Assembly (NCBI GenBank): GCA_050115915.1
Contig: JASFPP010000002.1
Coordinates: forward strand, 3,299 to 67,298
From: Candidatus Aminicenantes bacterium
GTDB taxonomy: Bacteria > Acidobacteriota > Aminicenantia > Aminicenantales > Aminicenantaceae
Length of the DNA stretch: 64,000 bases
Direction: 5' to 3'
Positions 10,095 through 18,536 of this stretch are shown here, piece after piece (the first letter of the stretch is position 1; each line of letters starts with the position of its first letter). A program made the translations under genes and the position numbers. Below the pieces are notes generated by a model. The model did no database searches. It saw only the letters and a list, made by a program, of their open reading frames with translations, and was not told the origin of the DNA.

Positions 10095-10460
10095 CTATAT
10101 TTTTTTGGCGATCTCTGCCAGCAGTTCATCCTTGTTATAGGGCTTCGACATATAGCTCCTTTTTTTTGAATATGTCAATTTGTTTTCATCCTTTTTCTCG
10201 AGAAGGGAAGTCATAAATATGATGGGCACATTTTCGGTTGCAGGGTCCTTTTCGAGCATCAGGGCAACTTCTCCTCCATCCATCTCGGGCATCATGATAT
10301 CAAGGACGATAAGATGGGGACGCCAATTTTTGGCAAGATCGATCGCATCCTTCCCATTCGTCGCTGGGGAAACAGAATACCCTGAAGATACCAAAGTTTT
10401 CTCAAGCATTCTCAGAAATATTTCATCGTCGTCAACGATCAAAATTCTCTTCTCTTCCAT
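10095..10460 (-). CDS. Single-domain response regulator (CheY-like receiver)
   Basis: DDDE acidic pocket, phospho-acceptor context LIVLDIMMPEMDG, and conserved T and K (FMTS, MSKP). 121 aa. GAAGGAG ribosome-binding site. Confidence 0.85.
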   Translation of the reverse strand: MEEKRILIVDDDEIFLRMLEKTLVSSGYSVSPATNGKDAIDLAKNWRPHLIVLDIMMPEMDGGEVALMLEKDPATENVPIIFMTSLLEKKDENKLTYSKKRSYMSKPYNKDELLAEIAKKI

Positions 10461-10709
10461 GTCAGCACTCCTTCAAAAACTAGAGATAGTGAATACACCT
10501 GTTAATAATCCAGAGTCGCAGGTGGTTTCCTTTGCCAAAAGGCCAGCCAAGGGGAGAAAATAGGGGCGAAGCGAAGGAAAACAACTTTCCTTGCATGAAA
10601 AGTTTATAGACTTTATCTGCAACACACCTTTACCGTACATTTAGTCGTAAGGACGGAAAAAAGATTGAAAAAAGTTTTTGTACCGAGCCCATGGAGCACT
10701 GGTTAATTT

Positions 10710-12155
10710 TTAGCGCTTGACCTCTGATTTCTTTTCACGGATAAGCCCACCTCCACAATCGGGATCGATCGAAGATCCATATTCATAAGCACCGATATCA
10801 TGGCTCTCACCCGCCGGCCGTATCATACAATCATAGTCCACCAGAGGAGCGTCAACTGAAGTTCCTGCATCGATTGCGGGGCTGGTTTCCCTGAGTCGCA
10901 AATTTCCATTCGCGCTGTCCACAAAGAGGTCATTATCAATATCCAATACAACGAAAGAATTATAATCTTGACCGCTGTAATTCGTCCACTCATTATTCAT
11001 AATCTGCTCGAGAGAAAATTCATCTTCATATCCTACAACAACAACACGATTAGGATTATTACTATGGAAAATGTTGTGACTGCCTCGATAATTGACTACG
11101 GTCATTTGCTCAAAGCATAATCCGATATTGTCGCCTCCAGCGATTATACAATTATATACCGAAAGATGATCCTTGGAATTTTCCACCCAGATACTGTAGG
11201 TCTTAGAATTGACAAAAGTACAATTCATAAGCGTTGATGCTCCAGGATTGCCGTCCCAATCGAGCTCAACATGGTTTTCACCGTTATTGAACCCGAGGCA
11301 ATTGATCAACTCGATATTCTCCGCCCAGAGTTTATAACCGCTGTTGAAACACCGAGATGCCGAACATCGATGGAGAGTCGTGTTATCAGCCTTAATATCG
11401 AAACCATCGTGCACGTTATAGACAGAGCAGCGGTAAAAAACAAAGTTATAACCGTCGCCAAATGCGAACCCATCCACGTTCTGCTGGGGATCCAAACAAT
11501 CATGGGCTATACAATCATAAAAAATTCCACTGTGACACACCTGTTCAGAAGATCCCCAAGTTGAAGCATCAAATCCATACCAGAAAAAGCGAAAAATATC
11601 TACGTGATTGATTACAAAATCATGGCAACCATCATGAGGAGAAATCCCACAAATGAGGTCATGCACGCTACAATCTGCAATCTCAATATGATGACCGGTC
11701 ATTTCAATTCCCGTATCCCAATTTCGAATCTCAAAACCCTCGAGATGAAAATAGGAGCTGTGAATACGGACGGCTGTCCCAATCCCAATGCCTTCTCCTT
11801 GAATAACCGGTGCTTCACAAGCGTAGGCCTTGAACCGGATGCGATTTTGAGGAGTGCCGCTTTTGTCAAAACTGACTGCCTCCTCATAAATTCCATTCCT
11901 CACATAAACTGTTACGCCCGGCCCTGCCATAGCTGCCGCATGTTTAATGGTCCGCCAGGGCTGTGATTCTGTGCCAGGATTTGAATCATCCCCAAATGGA
12001 GAGACATAATAGCTCGCTGCTTGCTTCATTTGCCGGACCTCTTTGGCAACCTCTCTATACACCTGTCCAAAATTTGTCTTAAAAGCAAAAAAACCGAGTA
12101 TGAAAAAAACGGAGATGGTTCTGATTGTCCCGCTTAATGAGAGAGTTTTTTTCAT
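10710..12155 (-). CDS. Secreted right-handed parallel beta-helix (pectate-lyase-fold) protein
   Basis: N-terminal signal, then YVSPFGDDSNPGTESQPWRTIKHAA...GVTVYVRNGIYEE, typical of beta-helix/DUF1565-type proteins. Many short beta-helix turns with Asn/His ladders. The start could be 12155 or 12203. Confidence 0.7.
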   Translation of the reverse strand: MKKTLSLSGTIRTISVFFILGFFAFKTNFGQVYREVAKEVRQMKQAASYYVSPFGDDSNPGTESQPWRTIKHAAAMAGPGVTVYVRNGIYEEAVSFDKSGTPQNRIRFKAYACEAPVIQGEGIGIGTAVRIHSSYFHLEGFEIRNWDTGIEMTGHHIEIADCSVHDLICGISPHDGCHDFVINHVDIFRFFWYGFDASTWGSSEQVCHSGIFYDCIAHDCLDPQQNVDGFAFGDGYNFVFYRCSVYNVHDGFDIKADNTTLHRCSASRCFNSGYKLWAENIELINCLGFNNGENHVELDWDGNPGASTLMNCTFVNSKTYSIWVENSKDHLSVYNCIIAGGDNIGLCFEQMTVVNYRGSHNIFHSNNPNRVVVVGYEDEFSLEQIMNNEWTNYSGQDYNSFVVLDIDNDLFVDSANGNLRLRETSPAIDAGTSVDAPLVDYDCMIRPAGESHDIGAYEYGSSIDPDCGGGLIREKKSEVKR

Positions 12156-12438
12156 CTTACTGATTTTACCCTTTAGTCGTTTAATAATCCATCGCAATGA
12201 CATACATCTACTGAATACAAAGTGTAGTGCAGATCATCCCCAAGGCGAAATTTATGCCACCCTCGCCACTCCCAAGGTTCACAAGGAAACTCTTCCTCCC
12301 TTTCTTGTTCAATATCTAATCTTATTAAATATTATCTCACAATCCTTTTCAATTTTTAGGCTGTTCGAATACGGATACCGAATGGTCAAAGTCGAACAGG
12401 GGCGTTCTGTTCATAATGAAAAATTCTGAAGGATCAAT

Positions 12439-12453
12439 TGGTATGTAATTTGC
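12439..12453 (+). promoter_or_regulatory. Candidate sigma-54 promoter (-24 TGGTAT / -12 TTGC)
   Basis: TGGTATgtaatTTGC has exact GG-N10-GC spacing, about 45 nt upstream of the preferred start at 12497. Confidence 0.4.
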
Positions 12454-12496
12454 ATAATAACATTTGATCATAGATGTCAATTATATGGAGAATAAA

Positions 12497-13846
12497 ATGC
12501 CTTGTGAAAAAGATATGAATAGGCGAGCCTTTATCAAAAAGTCTACCTTGGGTTTGATAGGAGGCGGAGTTTTATGCAAAGGAGGATTCCCTAACGCGAA
12601 TATCTCCTGTAATCATAACTTTGAGGACATGCCTCGAATCAAAGAATACCGAACCCTGGGGCGGACCGGCTTTAAGGTATCGGACATCGGTGCGGGTGAC
12701 TTCGATGACCCGGGGCCATTCAGGGCGCTTCTGGATGCCGGAGTGAATTATATAGATACTTCCGAGACATACGGCCAGCACGGACGAAAGATAGGAGAAG
12801 CCATTAAAGAAAGAGACCGTAGCTCCCTTTTTATTAGCTCCAAGCTAATGGCCGATACATCGAGCCGGAGGATACGGACCATCGGCCTGGATAAAGATGG
12901 TTTCGTCAAGAGAGCAAGCAGAGTCATGGAAGCGATGCAGATCGATTACCTGGACTGTCTGATGTTATCCAGCCCCGAGACAATAGAGACGCTCAAGACT
13001 CCGGGGTTTCATGAAGCGACCGAACAGCTCAAAAAAGAGGGGAAGATCCGGTTCGTGGGAGTCTCCAATCACGGGTCCCAGTGGTGGATGAAAAAACCCA
13101 AAGAATCCATGGACAAGGTCCTCCTGGCAGCTGCTGAAGACGGACGTTTTGACGTGATGCTCCTAGCTTACAATTTCCTCAAAGAGGATGGGAGCGAGCG
13201 GGTGCTCGAGGTCTGTGGCCAGAAGAATATTGGAACCACCTTGATGAAGACCAATCCCATCCGGCACTACAATTACATGAAGGAGTGGCTCGAACGACAC
13301 CAGCATTCCAAGGGGAAAGAGCTGACCGAAGCAGAAAAGGAGGGTGTGGACCGGATGGAGAAAAAACTGGATAGAGCTCAGGACTTTATTAAAAAGCACA
13401 ACTTAAAAAGTGAGAAAGAGATAAGGGATGCGGCAATCAAGTTCGTTTTGAGTCATCCGAATGTTCATACAGTATGTGCGACAGTGTTGAACTACAAGGA
13501 TACACGGGATTTTCTCAGGCTCTCGGGTGGTAGACTCGAACACAAAGACAAAGAACTTCTATCTGCATATTCCCGGGAATGCGGCAGCCTTTACTGCCGC
13601 CATGCCTGCGGTGTGTGCGAACCCCACTGCCCATACGAAGTGCCTGTTAACACCATCATGCGCTATGACCATTACTTCGTCGCTCAAGGCCGGGAGAAAC
13701 ATGCCCTGGCCAAATACGCAGCCCTTCGATCGAATAAAGCTAACAAATGTCAGAACTGTCCAGGCTACTGCGAATCCGCCTGCCCCTATGGTGTGCCCGT
13801 ACGAACTCTCTTAGTCACCGCTCATAAAACACTCACTTTCGTATAG
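12497..13846 (+). CDS. TAT-signal aldo/keto reductase with a C-terminal 4Fe-4S ferredoxin-like Cys cluster
   Basis: Twin-arginine motif NRRAFIKKS. AKR core (GVNYIDTSETYG). C-terminal CxxCxxxCP and CxxCxxxCxxxCP motifs. The start at 12497 has a GGAG ribosome-binding site. The ORF track start is 12464. Confidence 0.8.
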   Translation: MPCEKDMNRRAFIKKSTLGLIGGGVLCKGGFPNANISCNHNFEDMPRIKEYRTLGRTGFKVSDIGAGDFDDPGPFRALLDAGVNYIDTSETYGQHGRKIGEAIKERDRSSLFISSKLMADTSSRRIRTIGLDKDGFVKRASRVMEAMQIDYLDCLMLSSPETIETLKTPGFHEATEQLKKEGKIRFVGVSNHGSQWWMKKPKESMDKVLLAAAEDGRFDVMLLAYNFLKEDGSERVLEVCGQKNIGTTLMKTNPIRHYNYMKEWLERHQHSKGKELTEAEKEGVDRMEKKLDRAQDFIKKHNLKSEKEIRDAAIKFVLSHPNVHTVCATVLNYKDTRDFLRLSGGRLEHKDKELLSAYSRECGSLYCRHACGVCEPHCPYEVPVNTIMRYDHYFVAQGREKHALAKYAALRSNKANKCQNCPGYCESACPYGVPVRTLLVTAHKTLTFV

Positions 13847-14139
13847 TTAAAATCCATATCCATAAAGATTTCGCTAATTGTGTGCGAATTTTGAGGCCCC
13901 AATTCTTCTCAGATAATATTGCCAATCGAAATTGGGATAGAATCAATGATATCGCGCACAATGAACGCAATTATGAGCCCAATAGCCAACGTCTCAGGAA
14001 TTGGCATTTCATCTTGTACAATATCTTCCGGACTCGATTGTTCTGGCAAATCCACAGCTCGAGGAATTTCTCGTTATGTTCTATGGCTTGAGCTTTCCTC
14101 TCCAATTTCTTGCTTATAATTACTCTAGTCCCATTTAAC

Positions 14140-14592
14140 CTATAGACCAATTGTAAAATGACAAATTTTATCTCCTTTCCCAATCGCTTTCTTTAATTCA
14201 ACATTCACGGGCCTGCCTAATATCTTCTCAAAGACTGATTTTACAAATCCTCGTGAGCAATAGCAGAAGGTTGGAGATAATTTTGCTATTTCAGTCAAGA
14301 CAAGAGGACATTCACACTCTTCACAAGTCGAAGAAAGGATATTCTCGCTCTGGATCCAATCTCCACACCACATTTTCTTTTGATTCATATAATCCAAAAT
14401 TTCTTCCAAATTCTTACCTTTCTCTTTTAGACTCGCAACTTTTTTGAGATGACCATGATAGACAGAACAGGCTTTGCCACAATTTTCTAGAATCTCCTTC
14501 TTTGTGTCATCATCAACGCATTCATTTATTCCTTCAACTACAGAAGCAATCCATATCTTTATAAGTTCGAGGGGAGGTTCTTTTTGATTCAT
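14140..14592 (-). CDS. Cysteine-rich hypothetical protein (150 aa) in an AT-rich pocket
   Basis: Clean ORF with an AGGAGG ribosome-binding site. Cys motifs CGKAC, CEECECP, CYCSRG and a final CH. I could not assign a family with confidence. Confidence 0.55.
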   Translation of the reverse strand: MNQKEPPLELIKIWIASVVEGINECVDDDTKKEILENCGKACSVYHGHLKKVASLKEKGKNLEEILDYMNQKKMWCGDWIQSENILSSTCEECECPLVLTEIAKLSPTFCYCSRGFVKSVFEKILGRPVNVELKKAIGKGDKICHFTIGL

Positions 14593-14654
14593 TTCCTTAT
14601 TGCCTCCTTTTGCTTACTCCATAATCATAGCTCAGAAAAAAGAAGAAGCCTTAC

Positions 14655-14759
14655 TTAATTCTTCCTCCCTTTTAATCCCGCCAGCCTCTCCCTTGCATTA
14701 TCCACCTCAGCAATCCCCGGATCTGCATCCTTCCAGAGAGAGAGGAGTTTAAGCAATGC
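14655..14759 (-). pseudogene. Start-less remnant of a conserved protein tail (copy 1: [34 protein letters not shown])
   Basis: 34 sense codons bounded upstream by TGA, with no start codon. Paralogous to 18371-18454 and 19046-19171. Confidence 0.7.
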
Positions 14760-14819
14760 TCAATGTCTTATTTCAGAAATTATGAGATGCTATTCAGGAA
14801 AGTTCGCTTTCTGAACAAG

Positions 14820-17585
14820 TTACTTATCAGTTGAGCTCTCCATCACCCAAAGATCCCCTTTATCCTCTTCCCAGGTGAAAAAAAGCTGACGTCCATCAGT
14901 CGCCAGAGCAACTAATCCCAAATCCCCGTGCTTGCCCACTAACTCAGTAACAGGACGCACTACACCATCTTCAACCGACAACTCCCAGAGGTTACCAGCA
15001 CCATCTCCACTCCCAATAAAGTAGATCTTTTTCCCATCAGGCGACCATCTAGAATACAAAGCACTGTCCTTTGTAAGGAGTTCTGCACGTCCTCCAACTG
15101 CAGGTGCTCGCCACAGACACAGCTCCCCATTTCGATTAGAGCGAAAGACCAGCCAATCCCCATTTGGAGACCACTGCGGGTAAGCATCCTCGCTGGGATG
15201 TACAGTCACTTGCTTAGCCTCACCGCCTTCACTAGGTATTACCCAGATGTCCAAGTTCCCTTTTCGACCCGAGGCAAACGCAATCTGTTTGCCATCTGGA
15301 GACCATACCGGATTCACATCTGATTCTTCATTCCTAGTCATTTGCCGCATGGGAGTTCCGCTCATCGGGATCAACCAGATATCTCGGTTTCCACTCCGAG
15401 CAGAATAGAAAACGATTCCCTTTCCGTCTGGTGACCAGGCAGGAGACCAGTCTGGCGCCGGATCAGTCGTCATTTTCTGCATTTCACCACTCTCCAGTGA
15501 CATCGTCCACAGATCCTGATTCCCACCCCGATCAGAACTGAACAATAAACTTTCCCCATCCGGTGACACATCCACAAATTCGATGAAAGCCTGGTCAAAC
15601 GTTACTTGCTCGACATCCTTCCAAGTTGCTGGGATATTTTTTTTGATTGGCACTCGCCAAAGATTGGCTACAAGTCGACCTTTCGAATAAGCAAATCTCA
15701 TCCCATCCTGAGATAAGAGAGCGTGTCGAATTCCAATTCCAGTTGTCACGGGCTGGGGAGAATCCACTGGCATACCGTCCTTTCCAATGCGCTGCTGCCA
15801 GAGATCCATGCTTCCAGTACGATTCGAGACGAAATAGAGGTACTTTCCATCAGGTGACCAAGTCGGACTCCAATCATTGAACCGCCCATCCGTTATGGAA
15901 AAACACTTTCCATCCTTAATGCGAAGCACCCAGAGCTGTGTGGCATCAGGTGTGATATTCATAGCATCCACATAGGCGAAGTAACGCCCATTTGGTGACC
16001 ATCTGAGATCGAAGAGAATGTTTCCTTTTCTCCCCGAAAGAGGGAATCGCTGAGAATCACCGGTACTAAGGGATACAATATCAACAAAAAAATCAGAAGA
16101 ATCCCTAACCATGCAGGCGAGCTCTGTCGCCAGTGTCGACCATTGAGGAGCACTCCACATCATTTGAGGAGCAGCTTTCGCCTTGCGAGAAGACCCTCCC
16201 AAAGCTGACATCACGAAATACCCCCCATCTTCTCGATCTGACCAAAAGGCAATCTTCTCACCATCCGGCGACCAGCTGGGAAGCATATCTATCCCTTCAT
16301 GCTCTGCTGTAAGATTCACAGCTACACCACCGGCCACCTGCGTCACCCAGATGTCCCAGTTCCCACTCTGATTTGAATGGTAAGCCAGCCTGCCTTTCTC
16401 CGGGGCCCAACTTGGATAGTCTTCTACTCCTTCTGCTGAGGTAATTTGAACAGGATGCACAAGGTGAAGCATCTTTTTCTCTGGTTTTAGAAAAAAATAA
16501 CCGAGTATGATTACAAGTAAAAGCAATACAAATAATGCAGGAATGATCAACTTCTTCTTCCTGAAAGTAACAGTAATTTCTTTTGAGGTCATCGGCTTTC
16601 TCTCTGGGATCACTCTATCTGTCGTGGGGATGTCCCTCTCAATATTTTCAAGCTCAGGGCGTAATTCACTCGCACTCTGAAACCTATTTTCTTTTTCCTT
16701 TTCCAAGCATTTTAAAATCAGGCTATTCAAATCCTCGGATATATGCTCATTGTATTCTATTGGATCTTTTGGTGTTTCTGTCTTTTGCTTCACTGCAACG
16801 GTTAAGGCCGTATCACCTTCAAACGGCACTCTTCCCGTAAGCATCTCGTATAGGATAATTCCTAAAGAATAAATATCAGTCCGTTTGTCTGTCTCTTTCC
16901 CTTCAACCTGCTCAGGCGACATATATTCCGGGGTCCCAATCATCATGCCCTTATCCGTTATGCCCTTCCCGGCTGTTGATCGAGCAATACCAAAATCCAT
17001 AATACGGGTATTCCCATTCTTATCAATCATGATATTGCTAGGCTTCAGATCACGATGCACTACTCCAAAGCCGTGGGCCTCTTCAAGACCTTCACAAATC
17101 TGCTTTGTTATTGATATCGCTTTCCCTATGGTTAATTTTTCAGATCGTCTGATAAAGCTCTTTAAATCCTCCCCGGATACATATTCCATAGTGATATAGT
17201 AGGAGCCTTCTTTCTTGTTGAGGTCATACATACGACAGACATTTCTATGGCTGATCTTACGGGCAAACTTCAACTCATTCTGAAATCGTTCAATAGTATT
17301 TTTATCCGCTGCGATCTCGGGCTTGATAAGCTTTATGGCAACCTTCTCTTTAATCTCGGTATCTTGAGCCTTATAGACCTTCCCCATACCCCCTTTACCC
17401 AGTTCTTCAATAATCTGGTACCGCCCAGCAAAAGTAGAGCCAGTAGTTAGTTCTTCTCTAGGGGCTTCCAGAGTTTCAGTGCGGTGAGGGATTTCTTCTG
17501 AAGGCTTGAGTGGAGTGGTACATTTACCACAATAAATGCTATCGTCGGGATTCTCATGATGACACTTGGGACAGGTAGTTGTCAT
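14820..17585 (-). CDS. Ser/Thr protein kinase with N-terminal zinc ribbon, one TM helix and periplasmic TolB-like (PD40/WD40) beta-propellers
   Basis: CPKCHHENP...CGKC zinc ribbon. Hanks kinase motifs (GKGGMGKVYKA, HRDLKPSN, DFG, SPE). One TM segment, then many PD40 repeats (WSPDG.. ...F.S.R.G..D.W). GAGGGGG ribosome-binding site before the ATG at 17585. Confidence 0.9.
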   Translation of the reverse strand: MTTTCPKCHHENPDDSIYCGKCTTPLKPSEEIPHRTETLEAPREELTTGSTFAGRYQIIEELGKGGMGKVYKAQDTEIKEKVAIKLIKPEIAADKNTIERFQNELKFARKISHRNVCRMYDLNKKEGSYYITMEYVSGEDLKSFIRRSEKLTIGKAISITKQICEGLEEAHGFGVVHRDLKPSNIMIDKNGNTRIMDFGIARSTAGKGITDKGMMIGTPEYMSPEQVEGKETDKRTDIYSLGIILYEMLTGRVPFEGDTALTVAVKQKTETPKDPIEYNEHISEDLNSLILKCLEKEKENRFQSASELRPELENIERDIPTTDRVIPERKPMTSKEITVTFRKKKLIIPALFVLLLLVIILGYFFLKPEKKMLHLVHPVQITSAEGVEDYPSWAPEKGRLAYHSNQSGNWDIWVTQVAGGVAVNLTAEHEGIDMLPSWSPDGEKIAFWSDREDGGYFVMSALGGSSRKAKAAPQMMWSAPQWSTLATELACMVRDSSDFFVDIVSLSTGDSQRFPLSGRKGNILFDLRWSPNGRYFAYVDAMNITPDATQLWVLRIKDGKCFSITDGRFNDWSPTWSPDGKYLYFVSNRTGSMDLWQQRIGKDGMPVDSPQPVTTGIGIRHALLSQDGMRFAYSKGRLVANLWRVPIKKNIPATWKDVEQVTFDQAFIEFVDVSPDGESLLFSSDRGGNQDLWTMSLESGEMQKMTTDPAPDWSPAWSPDGKGIVFYSARSGNRDIWLIPMSGTPMRQMTRNEESDVNPVWSPDGKQIAFASGRKGNLDIWVIPSEGGEAKQVTVHPSEDAYPQWSPNGDWLVFRSNRNGELCLWRAPAVGGRAELLTKDSALYSRWSPDGKKIYFIGSGDGAGNLWELSVEDGVVRPVTELVGKHGDLGLVALATDGRQLFFTWEEDKGDLWVMESSTDK

Positions 17586-17665
17586 GGTTTCCCCCTCTTT
17601 ACATGTCAATGAGAAGATTATCAATAAATCAAGGGAGTGTCAATGAAGATTGCGATATTTCCTTT

Positions 17666-17690
17666 TGACTAAATTTTGACCAAATTTGAC
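17666..17690. repeat. Three TTGAC motifs spaced exactly 10 bp apart, upstream of the kinase gene
   Basis: TTGACtaaatTTTGACcaaatTTGAC, with TTGAC at 17666, 17676 and 17686. Confidence 0.6.
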
Positions 17691-17785
17691 CGAAAATATC
17701 CTAAATAATACTAAACCATACTAAATGAAGGATTGTGAAGATTTTGTGTAACTTGCTGATTTTAATGGATTCCAGGGGAAAAAGC

Positions 17786-17832
17786 TGGTACCCCTGGCCG
17801 GACTCGAACCGGCGACACACGGATTAGGAATC
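17786..17832 (-). pseudogene. Truncated tRNA (3' part only; anticodon loop reads CCT, Arg-like)
   Basis: The minus strand reads ..TTCCTAA-TCCGT-GTGTC-GCCGG-TTCGAGT-CCGGC-CAGGGGT-A-CCA. That gives a T arm, 3' acceptor strand and encoded CCA. No matching 5' acceptor or D arm lies upstream. Confidence 0.6.
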
Positions 17833-18019
17833 TGTTGTTCTGTTCTTTGCTAAATCAAATATACGAATACAGATCATAATAAACGAAGACTCAAAAATAT
17901 GACGGTTTTATGACGACTTTTTTGTTGAAAATTGCAGAAAATGACTGAACATTACTGAAATAGAGATTACGAAGATATTATTGTAACTTTTTGATTTTAA
18001 AAAGAAATAAGGGGTGGTG

Positions 18020-18072
18020 AGATGGTGGAGCTGATGGGATTTGAACCCACGACCTTCTGCTTGGCAAGCAGA
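18020..18072 (-). pseudogene. Truncated tRNA-like 3' fragment; 18020-18055 is a 36-bp perfect copy of the tRNA-Ala 3' end
   Basis: 18020-18055 is identical to 21848-21883 (acceptor 3' strand, T arm and 3 flanking nt). It is followed by the perfect hairpin TCTGC-TTGCCAA-GCAGA (GCC in the loop). No 5' half is present. Confidence 0.65.
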
Positions 18073-18370
18073 GGATCAATGCAACAGGCTGACTAGTGAG
18101 GCCTAAAGCTTTTTGATTTTATCAGCCTGATGTCAGATCAGTGGGGAGGGGGGCATGGAGATCCCGGGACTCCTATGCCCATGCACATATGGATTCCTTA
18201 TGCCACAAGAAAACATTCCGCTCTCGGCCTCCCCCTGTAAGAAGTGAACTTCAGCAAGTTTCAAATATCGCACATTTTCACGAAATAGGCCCATCCCCAC
18301 CCCTGTAAAGCTTAACAGCACAATAGGGGGTCAGTAGGTAAGTATGGATTTAAGGATTTTTGTTACACTT

Positions 18371-18454
18371 TTACTGCTTCAATCCCACCAACCTCTCCCT
18401 CGCATCATCAACCTCAGCTATCCCTGGCTCAGCATCCTTCCAGAAGGCGAACAT
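18371..18454 (-). pseudogene. Remnant of the conserved protein tail (copy 2: MFAFWKDAEPGIAEVDDARERLVGLKQ*)
   Basis: 27 codons preceded by TAA. Aligns codon for codon with copies 1 and 3. Confidence 0.7.
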
Positions 18455-18536
18455 TTAACCATACTGGTATCACATTGGCAGGAGGCAGATCAATAGGATA
18501 ACACTTCTATCATTATCAGAAATAATGAGACCGTCC

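Noticed and set aside
13882-14183. Three overlapping 66-70-aa ORFs in the AT-rich spacer
   Set aside because: They are mutually overlapping, have no ribosome-binding sites and have low-complexity translations. They are probably chance ORFs in AT-rich DNA.
14760-14822. Stop-codon readthrough or recoding that joins the kinase ORF to the in-frame WKDADP tail
   Set aside because: Three different stop codons (TAA, TAG, TGA) lie within 20 codons and no recoding signal is visible. Decay of an older longer gene is the simpler explanation.
18056-18072. A functional tRNA-Gly(GCC), inferred from the perfect TCTGC-TTGCCAA-GCAGA hairpin
   Set aside because: No D arm or 5' acceptor strand exists upstream. 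The 3' half is an exact copy of tRNA-Ala, including U70, so it cannot be an intact glycine tRNA.
18133-18321. The 62-aa minus-strand ORF between tail copy 2 and the tRNA fragment
   Set aside because: It has no ribosome-binding site, spans the strong hairpin and the CCCCTGTAA repeats, and has no recognisable motif. I treated it as non-coding.
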